A stretch of 57,338 nt of DNA, counting the filler, from Streblomastix strix (Eukaryota), in assembly GCA_008636045.1 (NCBI GenBank). It is 3 parts of 3 records of this genome, joined end to end, with 100 filler letters (N's around TTAATTAATTAA, not from the genome) between each part and the next. Parts side by side here need not be neighbours in the genome. Positions count along the whole stretch, not along the records: positions 1 to 19,052 come from SNRW01000550.1; 2 more parts are not named here. One strand, written 5' to 3'. Shown piece by piece: positions 1 through 12,245 of this stretch. The position numbers and the translations under genes are program-made. The notes under the pieces were generated by a model. It worked only from the letters and a program-made list of their open reading frames with translations. It ran no database searches and was not told the DNA's origin. The number at the start of each line of letters is the position of its first letter. Positions within the stretch are counted from its first letter, which is position 1.

Positions 1-806
1 ATTATTTTTCGTTACAAGTAATATTAATCAATTGATAAGCATTATTTTAGTTCTTACCATCATATAAATTTAATCCACTTGTTAATTGTATATATAAGTT
101 GTTAGATAATACTACACTATCAACATACCAATTTCAATGTGATTTACTATTATATTCATTAACAACAGATGAAATATATTTCCCATACTAATTAAATAGT
201 TATAAATCTGTATATATACTTCCATTATTAAACATTTAACGCAGGTAATAAACATATCATTCTAACGGGAAATTTTTTAATGCTATTACTTATTTATTAC
301 ATCGTTAATGATAATATATTAATTGATATAGTATCTGTTTCAATTAAATTTCCATTCGTTAATGTTATATATTTCCCATAATTATACCTTATATTAATGG
401 AATATGATTAATCAGCATTTTATAGAGGTTCGATGGATGTTATGAAGTAATTAGCTGTAGATTCATATATCTTGATGAGACCAATACACCGATAATCAAT
501 AGGTAAATCAGGATCAACTATCCAATAATGATACAAGAAAGCGTTTAAACGTAAATTTATATAGTTTAATGCTGAAATACATATATCTGCTCCAATATTT
601 ATATTCAAACTGTATGTGCTATTCTATTATTTTTATGTATGTTCATTTACACTGTTATTGAAACAAATAGAATTGGAGTTAGTACTGTTGACTAGTTCGA
701 AATATTATTCCTGTGGTTCTATAAACTCATTAAAATCGGTTTGTTTCAATGCGTTTACGCTTCGGTTATTCAGATAAGATAATTTATTTGAATCTAGTGT
801 ATACAT
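1..806 (-). pseudogene. Degraded viral hypothetical protein (runs off contig start)
   Basis: ATG at 806 opens a long TAA/TAG=Q frame (MYTLDSNKLSYLNNRSV...) containing the 420-608 track ORF. An apparent frameshift follows near 240. No motif recognised. Confidence 0.4.
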
Positions 807-1138
807 ATTATTTATTATCGTATTCATTTTAATTCTAATCGGTGGAATCTATTCGATATTTTATAGTTTAAATGTTCCATTTGAATTCTTAATATATTGT
901 TTCAAGTTTAATCCGTTTAGATTATGTCGGATTTCTATTTATTCATCGATAATGAAGAAGCATAGATTTAAAGGTATATTGTTCGTGTAACTAATTTAAA
1001 ATTATCTATATCCAGTAGGGGCTTGAGCTATCCATTCAACTTAATCCTTTTCGCTATCATTGTTAATTATTTACAAACCTATTTAAGACATTTACATACA
1101 AAAATAATAACATTAGCGAAGCTCATGAACGAAGTGAA

Positions 1139-1940
1139 TCAGTGGATTGATCTCGCTGTGATGGTTTATCTAATTAGTTTCATTATCTCAGCTTCAATTT
1201 ATTCATTTGGAATAGTAAAACTAAGCCTTTTCATTTTAATACCTCTTTCATTTAACATATCTTTAATGACATGATTAATAGACACTGCTATTGGTAAATT
1301 ATAAATGTAAATTGCTGATCTTTATACAACTAAAGGATATTAATACTATTTTTATGCAATCTATGTACCTTGTAATACTTTCCATCAATGTCTTCGTTAA
1401 TGAGTTCAACTGAATACATATAGTCATATTGTTTATCTTATGGAACTAATCTAGATTCTATTTGTTATATTGTTTTACTATAGTCAGTGTTTTCACGTTA
1501 AAGTTGTTCGATAAGTCGATTAATATTAGCTTCAAAGTTAGTGTGTGTTTGTTAGCTGTTTTCGTTAATAGAATACATTATCTCTCCTACAATTGAAGCA
1601 TATTTCGGTGAAGCCCAAAAATCTATATAATTAATTAAATTAGGATGAATATAATATCCTACATAATCCACAGAATAAGTTTCGTTTTAATCAAGATATT
1701 TCAAGGGAGTAAAATTACTCCCTAACATTTTGACTAGATTTAACAAAATTAATTGAAATATTCTTTCCAATTAATAGATTTAAAAAATTAATTCAAATAA
1801 CTTTTATTACTTTATTTTATGATCATAACCATCTTTGAAGCAATAACATAGCCATCTGATTTATGGATGATTATTTCAATCCCATTGTATGTATTTTTAA
1901 TAAATTCATCTTTACCATCTTTTCTTACCGTTTATTCCAT
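1139..1940 (-). pseudogene. KilA-N domain protein, frameshifted
   Basis: Segments FIKNTYNGIEIIIHKSDGYVIASKM and GYYIHPNLINYIDFWASPKYASIVGEIM are typical KilA-N motifs, lying in different frames. Confidence 0.8.
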
Positions 1941-2687
1941 TTAAGCTATTGAAAAAATTTTGGAAAAAAATAGATATGATAAAATAAATCACAATAAATT
2001 AATATCATTAATAATATCATTTATTTCTGTATAATATATTCTATTTAATGTTCCCATTTACCCTAGTTTCTTAATGATTCTTAATTTTATAATTTCTTTA
2101 TTTTACTTTATTATTTTGAGTAATTATTATTGTTATTCCATTAATGACTATATCGTTTATAATTGCTAATAATGTTTATTTATTAATTGCTATTCGCTTT
2201 AGCTTAACCTTTAGGTTTCTTATGGTGTAATTTAAGTCATTTTACGTTAAAGATAAAAATAATAAAAAATCAATTTATCAATGATTCGAAGTAAATTTTG
2301 TCTTCTTTCTATTGTTTATAAATCAATTATTTTTCTTATTGTGTTAATTTCTTCATTTAGATCTTCTACGCTATATTATTTACATCAATTGGATATTTAT
2401 ATTGATATTAACCGGTTTACTTTAACAACTTGTCGTACTTTGTTTTACCATTTTTAGATTCGATTAGTTAATAGAATTGTTTGTTGTATAATCTTAGATC
2501 ATTAAACTTATACTCACCAAACTTATCAATAACCTTACCATTGATCTTAATATTATCCTGTAGTTAATGGAATTTTTATTTATCTTATTCTGAAAATTAG
2601 ATTTAAGTAAATAGTAAAAAATTAAAAAAATAGAGAGTATTATCACTAGTTTTTATGTCAATTTCACCATTTAGGACCATTAATGTA

Positions 2688-2876
2688 TCAATCTACTTTA
2701 CCTGCTAATTTAGCCCCTACTTCCATAGCTGATCCTATCGCAGGATGAATCATACTAACCGGTGCAGCTAATGTGCCTAGAACTTTATTAAATGTCGGAG
2801 CAACCCAATCTGCAGCTTTAGTTATACTTTCTAATATTTTACTACCGAAATTTTTCAATCCAAACCTAAAACCCAT
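2688..2876 (-). CDS. Small amphipathic virion-like protein (adenovirus protein VI-like N-terminus)
   Basis: MGFRFGLKNFGSKILESITKAADWVAPTFNKVLG...; Gly at position 2; amphipathic pattern; head-to-head with the putative MCP. The TGA may be premature. Confidence 0.5.
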   Translation of the reverse strand: MGFRFGLKNFGSKILESITKAADWVAPTFNKVLGTLAAPVSMIHPAIGSAMEVGAKLAGKVD

Positions 2877-2935
2877 TTATTATAATAAAAATTAATCAAA
2901 GTTAACATTTAAGCTGTTTCTTTTTTATAATCTAA

Positions 2936-4877
2936 ATTTCATTTGCATCAAGCGATTATTTGAAATGGTTATCTTCAGCGTAACATTCGGATTACATTAA
3001 TTCATACTCATAATTCTTGGGTGTAATGAAGACTTAAACTATTGTAGCATAATCGTTTAGTACATCTAAATAATAATTCTTTGATTAATCGGTGACCTAA
3101 CTTACAAATGAATGTACACATCATACTAGAGCTCCACTTGCAGCAATAGAAACTGCAACATGTTCATGTGTATAAACTTGTTAAATCAGTTAGTAAATAG
3201 AGATACCTAAAAATACATTGGCGATATAGATTAATGATATATAAAATGATGGTGCTGCATGTATGATATATTGTTAGCAAATATCTAATTATAATGCTAT
3301 TGATACAGGATTATGGGATACACCTTAATTAGTAACAATGGAATCAAGTGATACTGAAACAAAATATGTTTATAACCTAGAAGAATATATTAGATTTTGG
3401 TTATTCTTCTCCACTGCTTGTGGTCCATTTAATTAGATTGCTATATGTAAAGATTCATAGAAATTGTGGGATACTTCAATATATACTAGAGAATATGCAA
3501 TAATTGCATCAAACTCATTGACAGATTAATGTACCGTTAATTCTGTTACAGTTTCTCCACTTGAAAGTATAGTAGAAGGTAAACGACATTGATTGATATA
3601 TATGTATCAGCAATTAGTGTTGCAAGAGCTTATAACTATCTAATTTCTTATGATATGGTATTTAGTGGAGTAATGTATCTGAACTAATTGAATTCTATCT
3701 TTAACGGCTTTCCTGTAATGACTAGAAATTATTCTTCATTAAATATATAATTATGGATGCATGACTTCCTGTAAAATTTGAAAGTAATATGGTTAAATAA
3801 ATATAATTCAATATCAAATTAATATCTTGCGTAAGCAATGATTCCACCAGAGAAACCGGATATAATTGTCTTATAAAATGGAACTAATAGTAATTACACT
3901 AAATATGCTATTTGTCTAGTTAATATGGTAGGTAAACATAATATAACTACTAAATACCAACAGCTACAATAAGTTAAATTTAAAATGCTAAATTTACTGA
4001 ATTTTATATAAATAACTTATGTTTTAATATGGATAATGAAAATGTAATTGTTGATATGATTCGTAATCAAAGACTCATTAACTTTCCAACAAAAGTTCTA
4101 CGTAATTAATCATCTAAATATCCTGCAAGTAATATTGGTGGAGGAGGTGGATTTATTTAAACAATAATGTCATTTGCTAACATCAAGTCTCTACTTATTA
4201 CATTTGCTATGCCTTAATATCCGATATGGTTCTTCCCTGTTCTATTCAAAAAAATTGATTTGATTATAGATTAACGTCATGTTATTCCAAGCGCTTATCC
4301 TGTATTAACATAAGATGTTTGATGTTAAATGTTTAATTGTTTCGTTAATTAAGATGTAACTAGTGCCTCATCCGATTTATATCATTCATTAATGTTTGAA
4401 AACTAAAATATAGACGATAAAAATTACCCTTATGGATATGAAGGTAGCGCGACTAGAATGATAGAGAATGTGTTTTATAATATTATATTGTATAATGGTT
4501 CTAAAGCAGTTAAAGTATTCTATCCTAATTAGTTTATATTAGCACGGAAATTTGCTATTGATGATTCACTTATGCGAGGATATAACTCATCTATGGTAAG
4601 AACAAGAACTAATATACAAGTTTAAATCGGCGTTACACCTGTAGAGGATATTATTACTGATGATATTATAAGACTACCTCTTATTGATTAAAATGATTTT
4701 AAATATTTTACCTCAACAAGATGTTATCCCAATATTAATAATGTTAAATTAACACCATTAACTCATTATCTATGTAATGGTGTTGTTCGAATAATGTTTG
4801 ATGATAATCCTGATCCATAAAATCTATCGTTAGAGGTTATCGGAGAGATAGGAGGGAGTACCATCCGAAGCGGATGA
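2936..4877 (+). pseudogene. Putative major capsid protein of the Polinton-like virus, disrupted
   Basis: About 640 codons of beta-strand-like sequence recovered across at least two frameshifts and in-frame TGAs (e.g. ACGPFNQIAICKDSQKLWDTSIY; IKSLLITFAMPQYP; PLTHYLCNGVVRIMFDD). Size and context fit a double jelly-roll MCP; not confirmed by search. Confidence 0.55.
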
Positions 4878-4939
4878 AAACCGTATCCGTCAAAGATTGA
4901 ATAGATGATAAATTATGTCGTTATTTTTACTTAATTTTT

Positions 4940-5434
4940 ATGAATCAAGACCAATAGAAAGTATTCAAAGCATTAACGACAAAGATAATCAAAGATAATT
5001 TTCAAGATAATAAGCTTCTAGAGCAACTTGATAATATGATTAGGGATATGTTATAAAATTGTACAGATATATCTAAAGGATATACAGCTCATCCACTTTA
5101 CTATGAGTTAGTCAACCTTTGTAGTAATTTTGATACCATGAATGAAAGATTATATTAGTTTAAACGATAAAGCGATATAGAATAGTACAGTAATAAGTTA
5201 TATAAGGAAAATCATTACGAATATATAAAAATATATAATAAATGTAAAGAAGAAATAAACATTAATCCAAAAATAATCAAAATAAAACAATATTTATTAA
5301 TGGATGCAACTAATGAAGACAAATAGATATATAACTAGTTCATATCTGAATAGAAGCATAAGCTATTTTGTGATTATTATTAATTAAAACCAATCATAAC
5401 TGAGCTAATATAGTTAAATAGTCAATGTATTTGA
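4940..5434 (+). CDS. Viral hypothetical protein, 164 aa
   Basis: Uninterrupted ATG-to-TGA frame with TAA/TAG=Q (MNQDQQKVFKALTTKII...). Confidence 0.5.
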
Positions 5435-5995
5435 TTAGCTCTTTACACTTGTCTGAAAGTATTAATTCACCTCTATCATAATACTTATCTTTAGTTTCAT
5501 AATAATAATATTATTGTTTTGTTACGCGTCGTTTAGTTGTTTGATGTCATTTTTAAAACCAGAGCCACTGAGTAATATTTCAAAGATATGACATACTTAA
5601 TTATCTGATGTGTTAATCTTTTGTCCTAGTTTTTAAGCTATCGTAAACAATTATTGCATAACTCTAAGAAAACCATAGGTTTGAGTTTAACTAATCTCCG
5701 ATTATTATTCCATTTTAATAGAAAAATAAATCATAGATCAGTATCAAATTCATATTATCTATATCTAGATTATTCTACTTCTCTTACTACTCTTGTTTTA
5801 TGTAACATTCACTAAATATTGCTAAATTGTTTCATTTTTTAAATAAAATTCTTTCTTCTTATTCGATTCCTTTATTTATCATCTTCACTAATTGCTAATA
5901 ATCTTTCCTCATTAATTATCTCAATTCTACTTCATCTTATTCATTTAAATGTATTGTATTATAACTCATTTATGATAATATAAAAAGATAAAAAA

Positions 5996-6718
5996 TCAAA
6001 ATACCCTACCATTGAACGTTAATGTATTTCCATCTGCGAATATTTATAATCCTCTAGTATTATCACCTGCTTAAGATGCTACCGCAATTACAAAAATTTA
6101 AGGGTTATTTGTCGAATTACTTGGTTGTGTAAATATTGACCATTATCATTCAATGGCACTGGTGTTAGATGTTCTATTACAACCTAACTAAATCGATGTA
6201 TTCCATGTATTTGTTAGATCAGCTCTAGATATTTTCAAACTATTATTATAACCAGTAGCTGTATATTTTACTTAAAAATTACCAGAATTAACATTATCTT
6301 AGAAATTTAATGTGTTTCCATCAGCGGATATCATTAATCCTTTATCCTGACTTATTTATATATTAACTCCTATCCTTAATTCACCGATGGGTGTGTTTAC
6401 CATACTCCACTAATCAGTTAATGTTCCATAGGTTAAATTTGGATTACTACCCAAATAAATTCCATTATAGTTTCCAATGGTAGAACGTGATATTCTTAAT
6501 TCTTCATTAAAATTATTACTATTTGGTTATATTAAAACAGTTATCACAAATGTTTTTGTACCTGCAATCGTTTAATCAGTTCCAGAATCAATGTATCCCA
6601 AACCATTGAAAGTTAATATGTTTCCATCAGCACTGATTCGTATTCCTTCGTTAAATATTCCATTAATAGTTGGAATTACTTATAATAATTTACCGAATGT
6701 TTTTATACCAGTAATAGT
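5996..6718 (-). pseudogene. Fibre/spike-like repeat protein, 3' part; 5' end cut by the element end at 6716
   Basis: Repeated motifs TIxGxKTF (x2) and GxxIxADGNxLxF (x3), Gly/Asn/Thr-rich, with frameshifts. Confidence 0.6.
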
Positions 6719-7118
6719 AGTTAATGAAAAAGGACGATGCACTCACATTGATAAACGCAGTGATTTGCCCACATCAGAAATAACCAGTGATATTGCGAAT
6801 TGCTGAGATATGAAAAACGAATGAATTATCCAGAACCGAAAATCGAAGAATAAATTTGATGTTAATAAAGAAATTCGGATAATATAATAAACAATAACAT
6901 TTATGAATATCATTAGTAATGAAAAATAATTGTATGATTTATGTAGCGTTAATAAAATAATTAATTATAACATTTATGAATATCATTATTAGTGAAAAAT
7001 AATTGATATGATTTATGATATGTATTAATAAAAATAAATAATTGATTTGATTTCTGAACCTCACAAACGAATAGAATTTAGGCATTGTTTCGGGCATCGT
7101 CCTTTTTCATTAACTACT
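6716..7118. repeat. 403-bp fold-back with perfect 25-bp inverted ends AGTAGTTAATGAAAAAGGACGATGC
   Basis: 6716-6740 is the exact reverse complement of 7094-7118. An internal ~70-bp imperfect tandem duplication lies at ~6894-7040. Confidence 0.85.
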
Positions 7119-7841
7119 CACAGCCCAAATCAATGATTTGAGCGATACGTGCTAACATATATTGGCTATTTGACTATGTCCGATTAAGTTTTCATTGATA
7201 GAATTGAGATAATGGTACCGACTAACTGGTCGATGAGTGAAACACATTATTTGATGAAATTGATGATGATGAACAGTTCCAGAATTGATTATAATGATTG
7301 TTTTTGGAATCTATGAGTAAGATATGACCTTAGGATAGCCTTTGAGAGTCATATGAAAAATTAAGTTTTTAATCAGAATTTTGACCTATCATAAATTTAT
7401 TTTATTTTTATTATATAGACTGAAAAATCATAGAAAAATTGAAGTTTTTTGAATGACCTGAGAATCAATATACTAGTCAATGTTGATACGCTGATCACAA
7501 ATATAATGTTTAAAATGAGTGGATGGACTATTGATTCGGCCGAATTAAGCGGATTAATGAAAAAGATTAATGATATGGATGAATGATATGAAATATCCAT
7601 GCAAATAAAATATGGCAGCCTAAATGAGTGATGGGACAAAATGGTCTGTCCTCATTAGTATGTGTGTGCTAGCGGAGTGGACGAATTGAATAAATATCAA
7701 TGTGAGACAGTTTTGGGACGGGACAAATCCGTGGACTCCTGTGAAAAAGTGTTGCCATATTGCCATCCATGCCATAAATTTGAATCATGGATGAATGATA
7801 TGAATTGTCCATGTCAGCTTAGCTGGCTTTTGCAAAAGCAA

Positions 7842-7916
7842 AGTGTCCTGAGTGACCTGAGTGTCCTGAGTCACAAGCTGGATCGATTTGAGATCTGCCA
7901 TTAACCATAATGCCAT
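7842..7916 (+). promoter_or_regulatory. Iteron-like cassette 1: 3x AGTGTCCTG followed by a GCCAT/ACCAT triplet
   Basis: agtgtcctg-agtgacctg-agtgtcctg-agt, then tgccattaaccataatgccat ~27 nt downstream; ~55 nt before the helicase ATG. Confidence 0.7.
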
Positions 7917-7971
7917 AAATCAAATAAAATTATTTTTCTCAAACTTTTTCAACTTTTTATCCTTATGCAAA

Positions 7972-10698
7972 ATGACATCAGAAGAATCCACAAGCGTCGA
8001 AACAAAATCAATTCAATCCATAAACGTTAAACATATTACATTAGAGAAAGGTTCAAAAAGATAATATAATCGCAAATCGAAAACTGATAATAAAGCTAAA
8101 GAATTAATGGACAAATTACTAGAGGAATAAGAATTAGCGAGAATCAAATGTGAATAAGATGAATTTGATGCGTAAAAGAAAGAAGATGAAGAATAAGAAT
8201 TTACGAGACATCTAATTGAAGACATTGCTTAGAAAAAGTTGAAAGAATAGTAAAAATAAGAATAGTAAATAGAAATGGATTAATTTTTAGAAAAACTTAT
8301 ACCAATTGCTGTATAAATTAAAGAAGAAATAGTGAGTAAAACTATCATGGAAAGAGTTAAGAATGCAATGATTAACACATTAAATTATACTAAAATAGGT
8401 TAAAAAGAAGGTGAGAAAAAATAAGTAACAGGTAAATTAATTGATTTGACTCTAGTTGAAGATGGTGATTTATGTATGATTGATTTCGATATTAATAAGA
8501 AACTATCAATTGAAGAGACTGATATAATAAGATAAAATATAATAGATAATATGCATTCTGCTAATGTAGGCTTAGTAAAGACCGCACATGATGGATTGCA
8601 TGCTTATTGCAATAGAGATGGATATACATTACCTTCGAATCGATGTGTGAAATGTATCGTATTAGATAGTATTGAGATTGATATATTTGGATAAATGTTT
8701 AAATATAAGGAACATGGAGGAATGGAACAAAAGGAACTTGTATAAAATCGAGTAGTTGGTCCAAACTCATCATTCCGAGAAACAAAAAATAATAAAAGAG
8801 AAACACTTAAATATGAAGCTATTAATGATTGGGCTAATATGACACATTTAGCGAGTCTGAGAGAGATCTTAGATAGCTGGAATGTCGGTATTGAGATACC
8901 GTTCAAAGAATATGTAGACAAGGTAAATATGAGAGAATTTGGTTGGCAAATCACAGAAGAAGAAACTATTTATATGATGAATGATGAACTTGCATAAGCA
9001 TGTGTTAATGGATTGAAGAACCTTGAAATACATTACTATCCTTAATCAATCAATATGGAAGTATCACTTCTAAGTGTATTCTCTGGATTATATGGAATCA
9101 CTAATGAATAGATTAGAGCAGAAGGAATGAAAAATATACGATAATACAATAAGCTAACTCCAAACGCTGAAATGAACTATGGATAATCATCATTTAATGG
9201 AGAACGTAAGCCAAATTCATGGATCCTTACAAAAATCCTAAGATACCATAACAAAGATTACTATGAATAGATAATTAAGCCATTATTGAAATAGAATTAT
9301 GAAGTGAAAAAATAATAGAAAATATCTGATACAGTGTAATAAATTGAGAATCATGAAAATGACTTGAAAGATCAGTTCACATTAATAGATGTATCTAGCA
9401 AAGCATTAAATGGAAAATATGAAAATAAATTAGAGTTAGTTGCATAAAATTTACTGAGAATAATTAAAGTTATACCTTGCTAGAACGGATGGTGCTTCAT
9501 CATTAAAGAATACGATTGTATCGCAGGAAAAAATACTATAAAATATAAAAATAAGACAGCCTTATATGATTAGTTACGTTCAATTAGATTATGGTAAGAT
9601 GGGAAGAAGCATATCACTGCAATTGACGCTTTAGAATAATATCATTCACTACTTGAGAAGATTGGCATGAAATTCACTAGTAACAATGAAGGTATATTCA
9701 ATGTATTCTAAGGATTCAAATATATGCAATTAGATGAAGTGGATTAGATAAAAATAGATAAATTCCTAGGATTAGTGAAAGATACAATCTCAGTGAATGA
9801 TGAACGAGTTTATGAATACATATTAAATTGGTTTGCATTCATTGTATAGAATGTTGGAAAGAAAACTGAAACAGCTATTATACTTAAAGGATTATAAGGA
9901 ATAGGTAAGAATGTGTTCACTAATGTCTTATGCGAATTACTTACAGGTTACTCTTCAAAGAATATCACAGATATCGATGATTTTGTAGGTAAGTTCAACA
10001 CTGCTATTGAGAATAAGATGTTGGCAATTGCTAACGAAACGAAGAACTTTGGAGAATCGAGAATGTCGAACATGGATGCGTTGAAGTCGATAATTACTGA
10101 AAGTTCCTTTGAAATTAATGAGAAGTATGTTCATAATCATGAAGTTGAGAATGTAGTGAATATAATGATTGTTACAAATAATATCTATCCATTGAAGATT
10201 GAAAATAGTGATAGGCGTTATGTTGTATGTGAATGAAGTCCAGTTCATCTAGTGGATCTAGCTTACTTCACTACTCTTTGCAATAGTTTTGATGAAGATT
10301 TTTATAATAACTTATTCACATTCTTTATGACTAGAGATATTTCATAATTTAATCCAAGAAACATTCCAATGACATAAGCGAAGAAAGATATAATAAAAGC
10401 ATCAATCTCACCCGTTGATGATGTAATAATCAGTCATTTCAAATCATTTAGAGATGGAGTTACATGCAATATTGTTGAAGGATGGAAACCATAAGAAATG
10501 AAATTAAAGAATTATTAATTAGCAATCAAAAATATATGTGAAAGAGTTAGAAAAACAAGAGGTGGAGAACGTAAATGGATGTATTAATTGAAAGAAGAAA
10601 TGATATCAATCTATGAAAGTATGCTAGATGAAGACGCTGATGAGATTAAAGAATAAGTTGAGTAAGAGATATAGAATGATGGTAATGAATATATATGA
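7972..10698 (+). CDS. AEP (Prim-Pol) primase fused to SF3 (D5-like) helicase, ~908 codons, one internal TGA at 10234-10236
   Basis: Single frame with TAA/TAG=Q. AEP motifs MIDFD, KTAHDGLHAY, EIDIF; Walker A GLQGIGKN; Walker B-like LAIANE; motif C IMIVTNN; Arg finger DRRY. Confidence 0.9.
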
Positions 10699-10743
10699 AA
10701 TTATTTTTGCTTGGAATCGTGGAAAATAAATGTGAAATGAACT

Positions 10744-10817
10744 AGTGTCCTGAGTGTCCTGAGTGTCCTGAGTGTATGATATTCTACATTGAGATGCTGC
10801 CATTACCATTCTGCCAT
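10744..10817 (+). promoter_or_regulatory. Iteron-like cassette 2: 3x perfect AGTGTCCTG plus GCCAT triplet
   Basis: Same layout and spacing as cassette 1; lies between the helicase stop and the ATG at 10863. Confidence 0.7.
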
Positions 10818-10862
10818 TAATGTTTTACTAAACATATAACATAATTTTTTATTATAATATAA

Positions 10863-11147
10863 ATGACACAAGGAAAGATGAGATACATTAACCCTTTTGA
10901 TCCACGCGTATAACGATCATAGTATCTAGAGTTCAGCAGTCAATTTCTAGATTAAATTATTAAAAGTCATGAAGATGAATTCATAAAAGGAAGAACGTTT
11001 CTATAAGTAATGGATCTATAACAAAGAAATATGCAATTAAATGAATTTCGTACATTAATGTTTAACAAATTAGATAAGAGATAGTTAACCAAGACTGGTA
11101 AACCAGCTGCAAAACCAAAGTACTATTTGAGGAAAGATGATAAATGA
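10863..11147 (+). CDS. 94-aa basic protein paralogous to the helicase C-terminal domain
   Basis: Intact ATG-TGA frame. MTQGK...LDQIIKSHEDEFIKGRTFLQV...MQL aligns by eye with helicase MTQAK...VDDVIISHFKSFRDGVTCNIV...MKL. Confidence 0.75.
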
Positions 11148-11218
11148 ATTATTTTTGTAATTAATGTGTGTGCCAATGATGATATGTACAAATGAGAAAT
11201 GTTGAATTAAAAATAAAT

Positions 11219-11370
11219 ATGGCATTATGGTTATGGCTTGATCTCTGATTGGAAAGTCATAGACTCAGGACACTCAGGACACTCAGGACACTAGTTTATT
11301 TTGAATCAATTCTCCATGATTCCAGCACATAAAAATGCCATACATTTTTCAACTCAGGACACTCAGGACA
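11219..11370 (-). promoter_or_regulatory. Iteron-like cassette 3 (inverted) plus two extra repeats
   Basis: 3x CAGGACACT at 11263-11292 with ATGGC/ATGGT triplet at 11219-11237; two more units at 11352-11370. The flank to ~11326 is an imperfect inverted copy of 10709-10817. Confidence 0.7.
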
Positions 11371-11604
11371 ATCTGATAAATAACCCCATTTGCACTTACA
11401 CCATTAATCAACACATTAACGCTCACAAATTATCTCAAAAATTAATCCGACCGACCGACCGACTTTTTCTATTTTAGCCATTTTAGGGGTTTCAACTCGG
11501 CACATCGGCACACCTGAACAATTCACTTCATTCATCCACTTCGTTAACGCACACCATTAATTCAAAAATAAATCAAAAAACCTTTGGTTTTGAGCTCTGC
11601 TAAT

Positions 11605-12245
11605 TCATTAATTATATCGATCAATTATATCGCTAATTTAAAGTAAATCATGTACGTCAGTTATGACAGTTTTCTAAAGACGTCGAATCAAGAGGAGTTA
11701 TAAATCGTTGGCAGATGCTCGGAACTCTTATCTCTGTATTCTATATTTTTATAGTGCACGGGATCGTTACTCTGCGGCAATGCGTTCGGCTTCTTCAGGG
11801 CTACTATATTATGGTTAATAAATTTGCTACTTATGAAGAATGTATTTATCTTGTTTTCTATATAGAAATCCTTTAGAAATTTCGAATCTTAACATTTCTC
11901 ACCATTTCCTCTTATATCATCAAACCGAACCAGTTTTGTCAACTATTATAGTGCATTTAACATTGGAATTTATGCTTTTGATAATATAGGTATTACTTCC
12001 TAATTATTTTTCATTTTGGATACTTAATCAATTTCCCAAGAATTATAATTAGGTGAGAAATAAGGACGTTCAAATTTTGAAAGTGGATTAAGCTAATAAT
12101 CATGTTGTTCAAATGTGTTAGTTGAAGGGTAGATATCGAATTTGTTTTTCGTTTAGTGAGTTGTAATATCATAGTAATTAGCTTTACGGATAACATCACA
12201 CTTTGATTTGAAAAAGAATTGGTTTTATTGTGCTATTTCTTACTA
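11605..12245 (-). pseudogene. Internally deleted rve integrase remnant fused to the remnant of its downstream small ORF
   Basis: RPYFSPNYNSWEID, IRGNGEK and KFINHN match the integrase at 16243. It is followed by YSSPEEAERIAAEQR...NDLQLLLIRRL, matching the 17692 ORF. Confidence 0.75.

Noticed and set aside
10234..10236. In-frame TGA in the helicase as programmed readthrough or selenocysteine
   Set aside because: A single-base change from a Cys codon explains it, neighbouring viral genes carry similar nonsense mutations, and no recoding signal was recognised.
7842..11370. AGTGTCCTG arrays as a CRISPR-like array
   Set aside because: Head-to-tail 9-mers without spacers and no cas genes; eukaryotic context.
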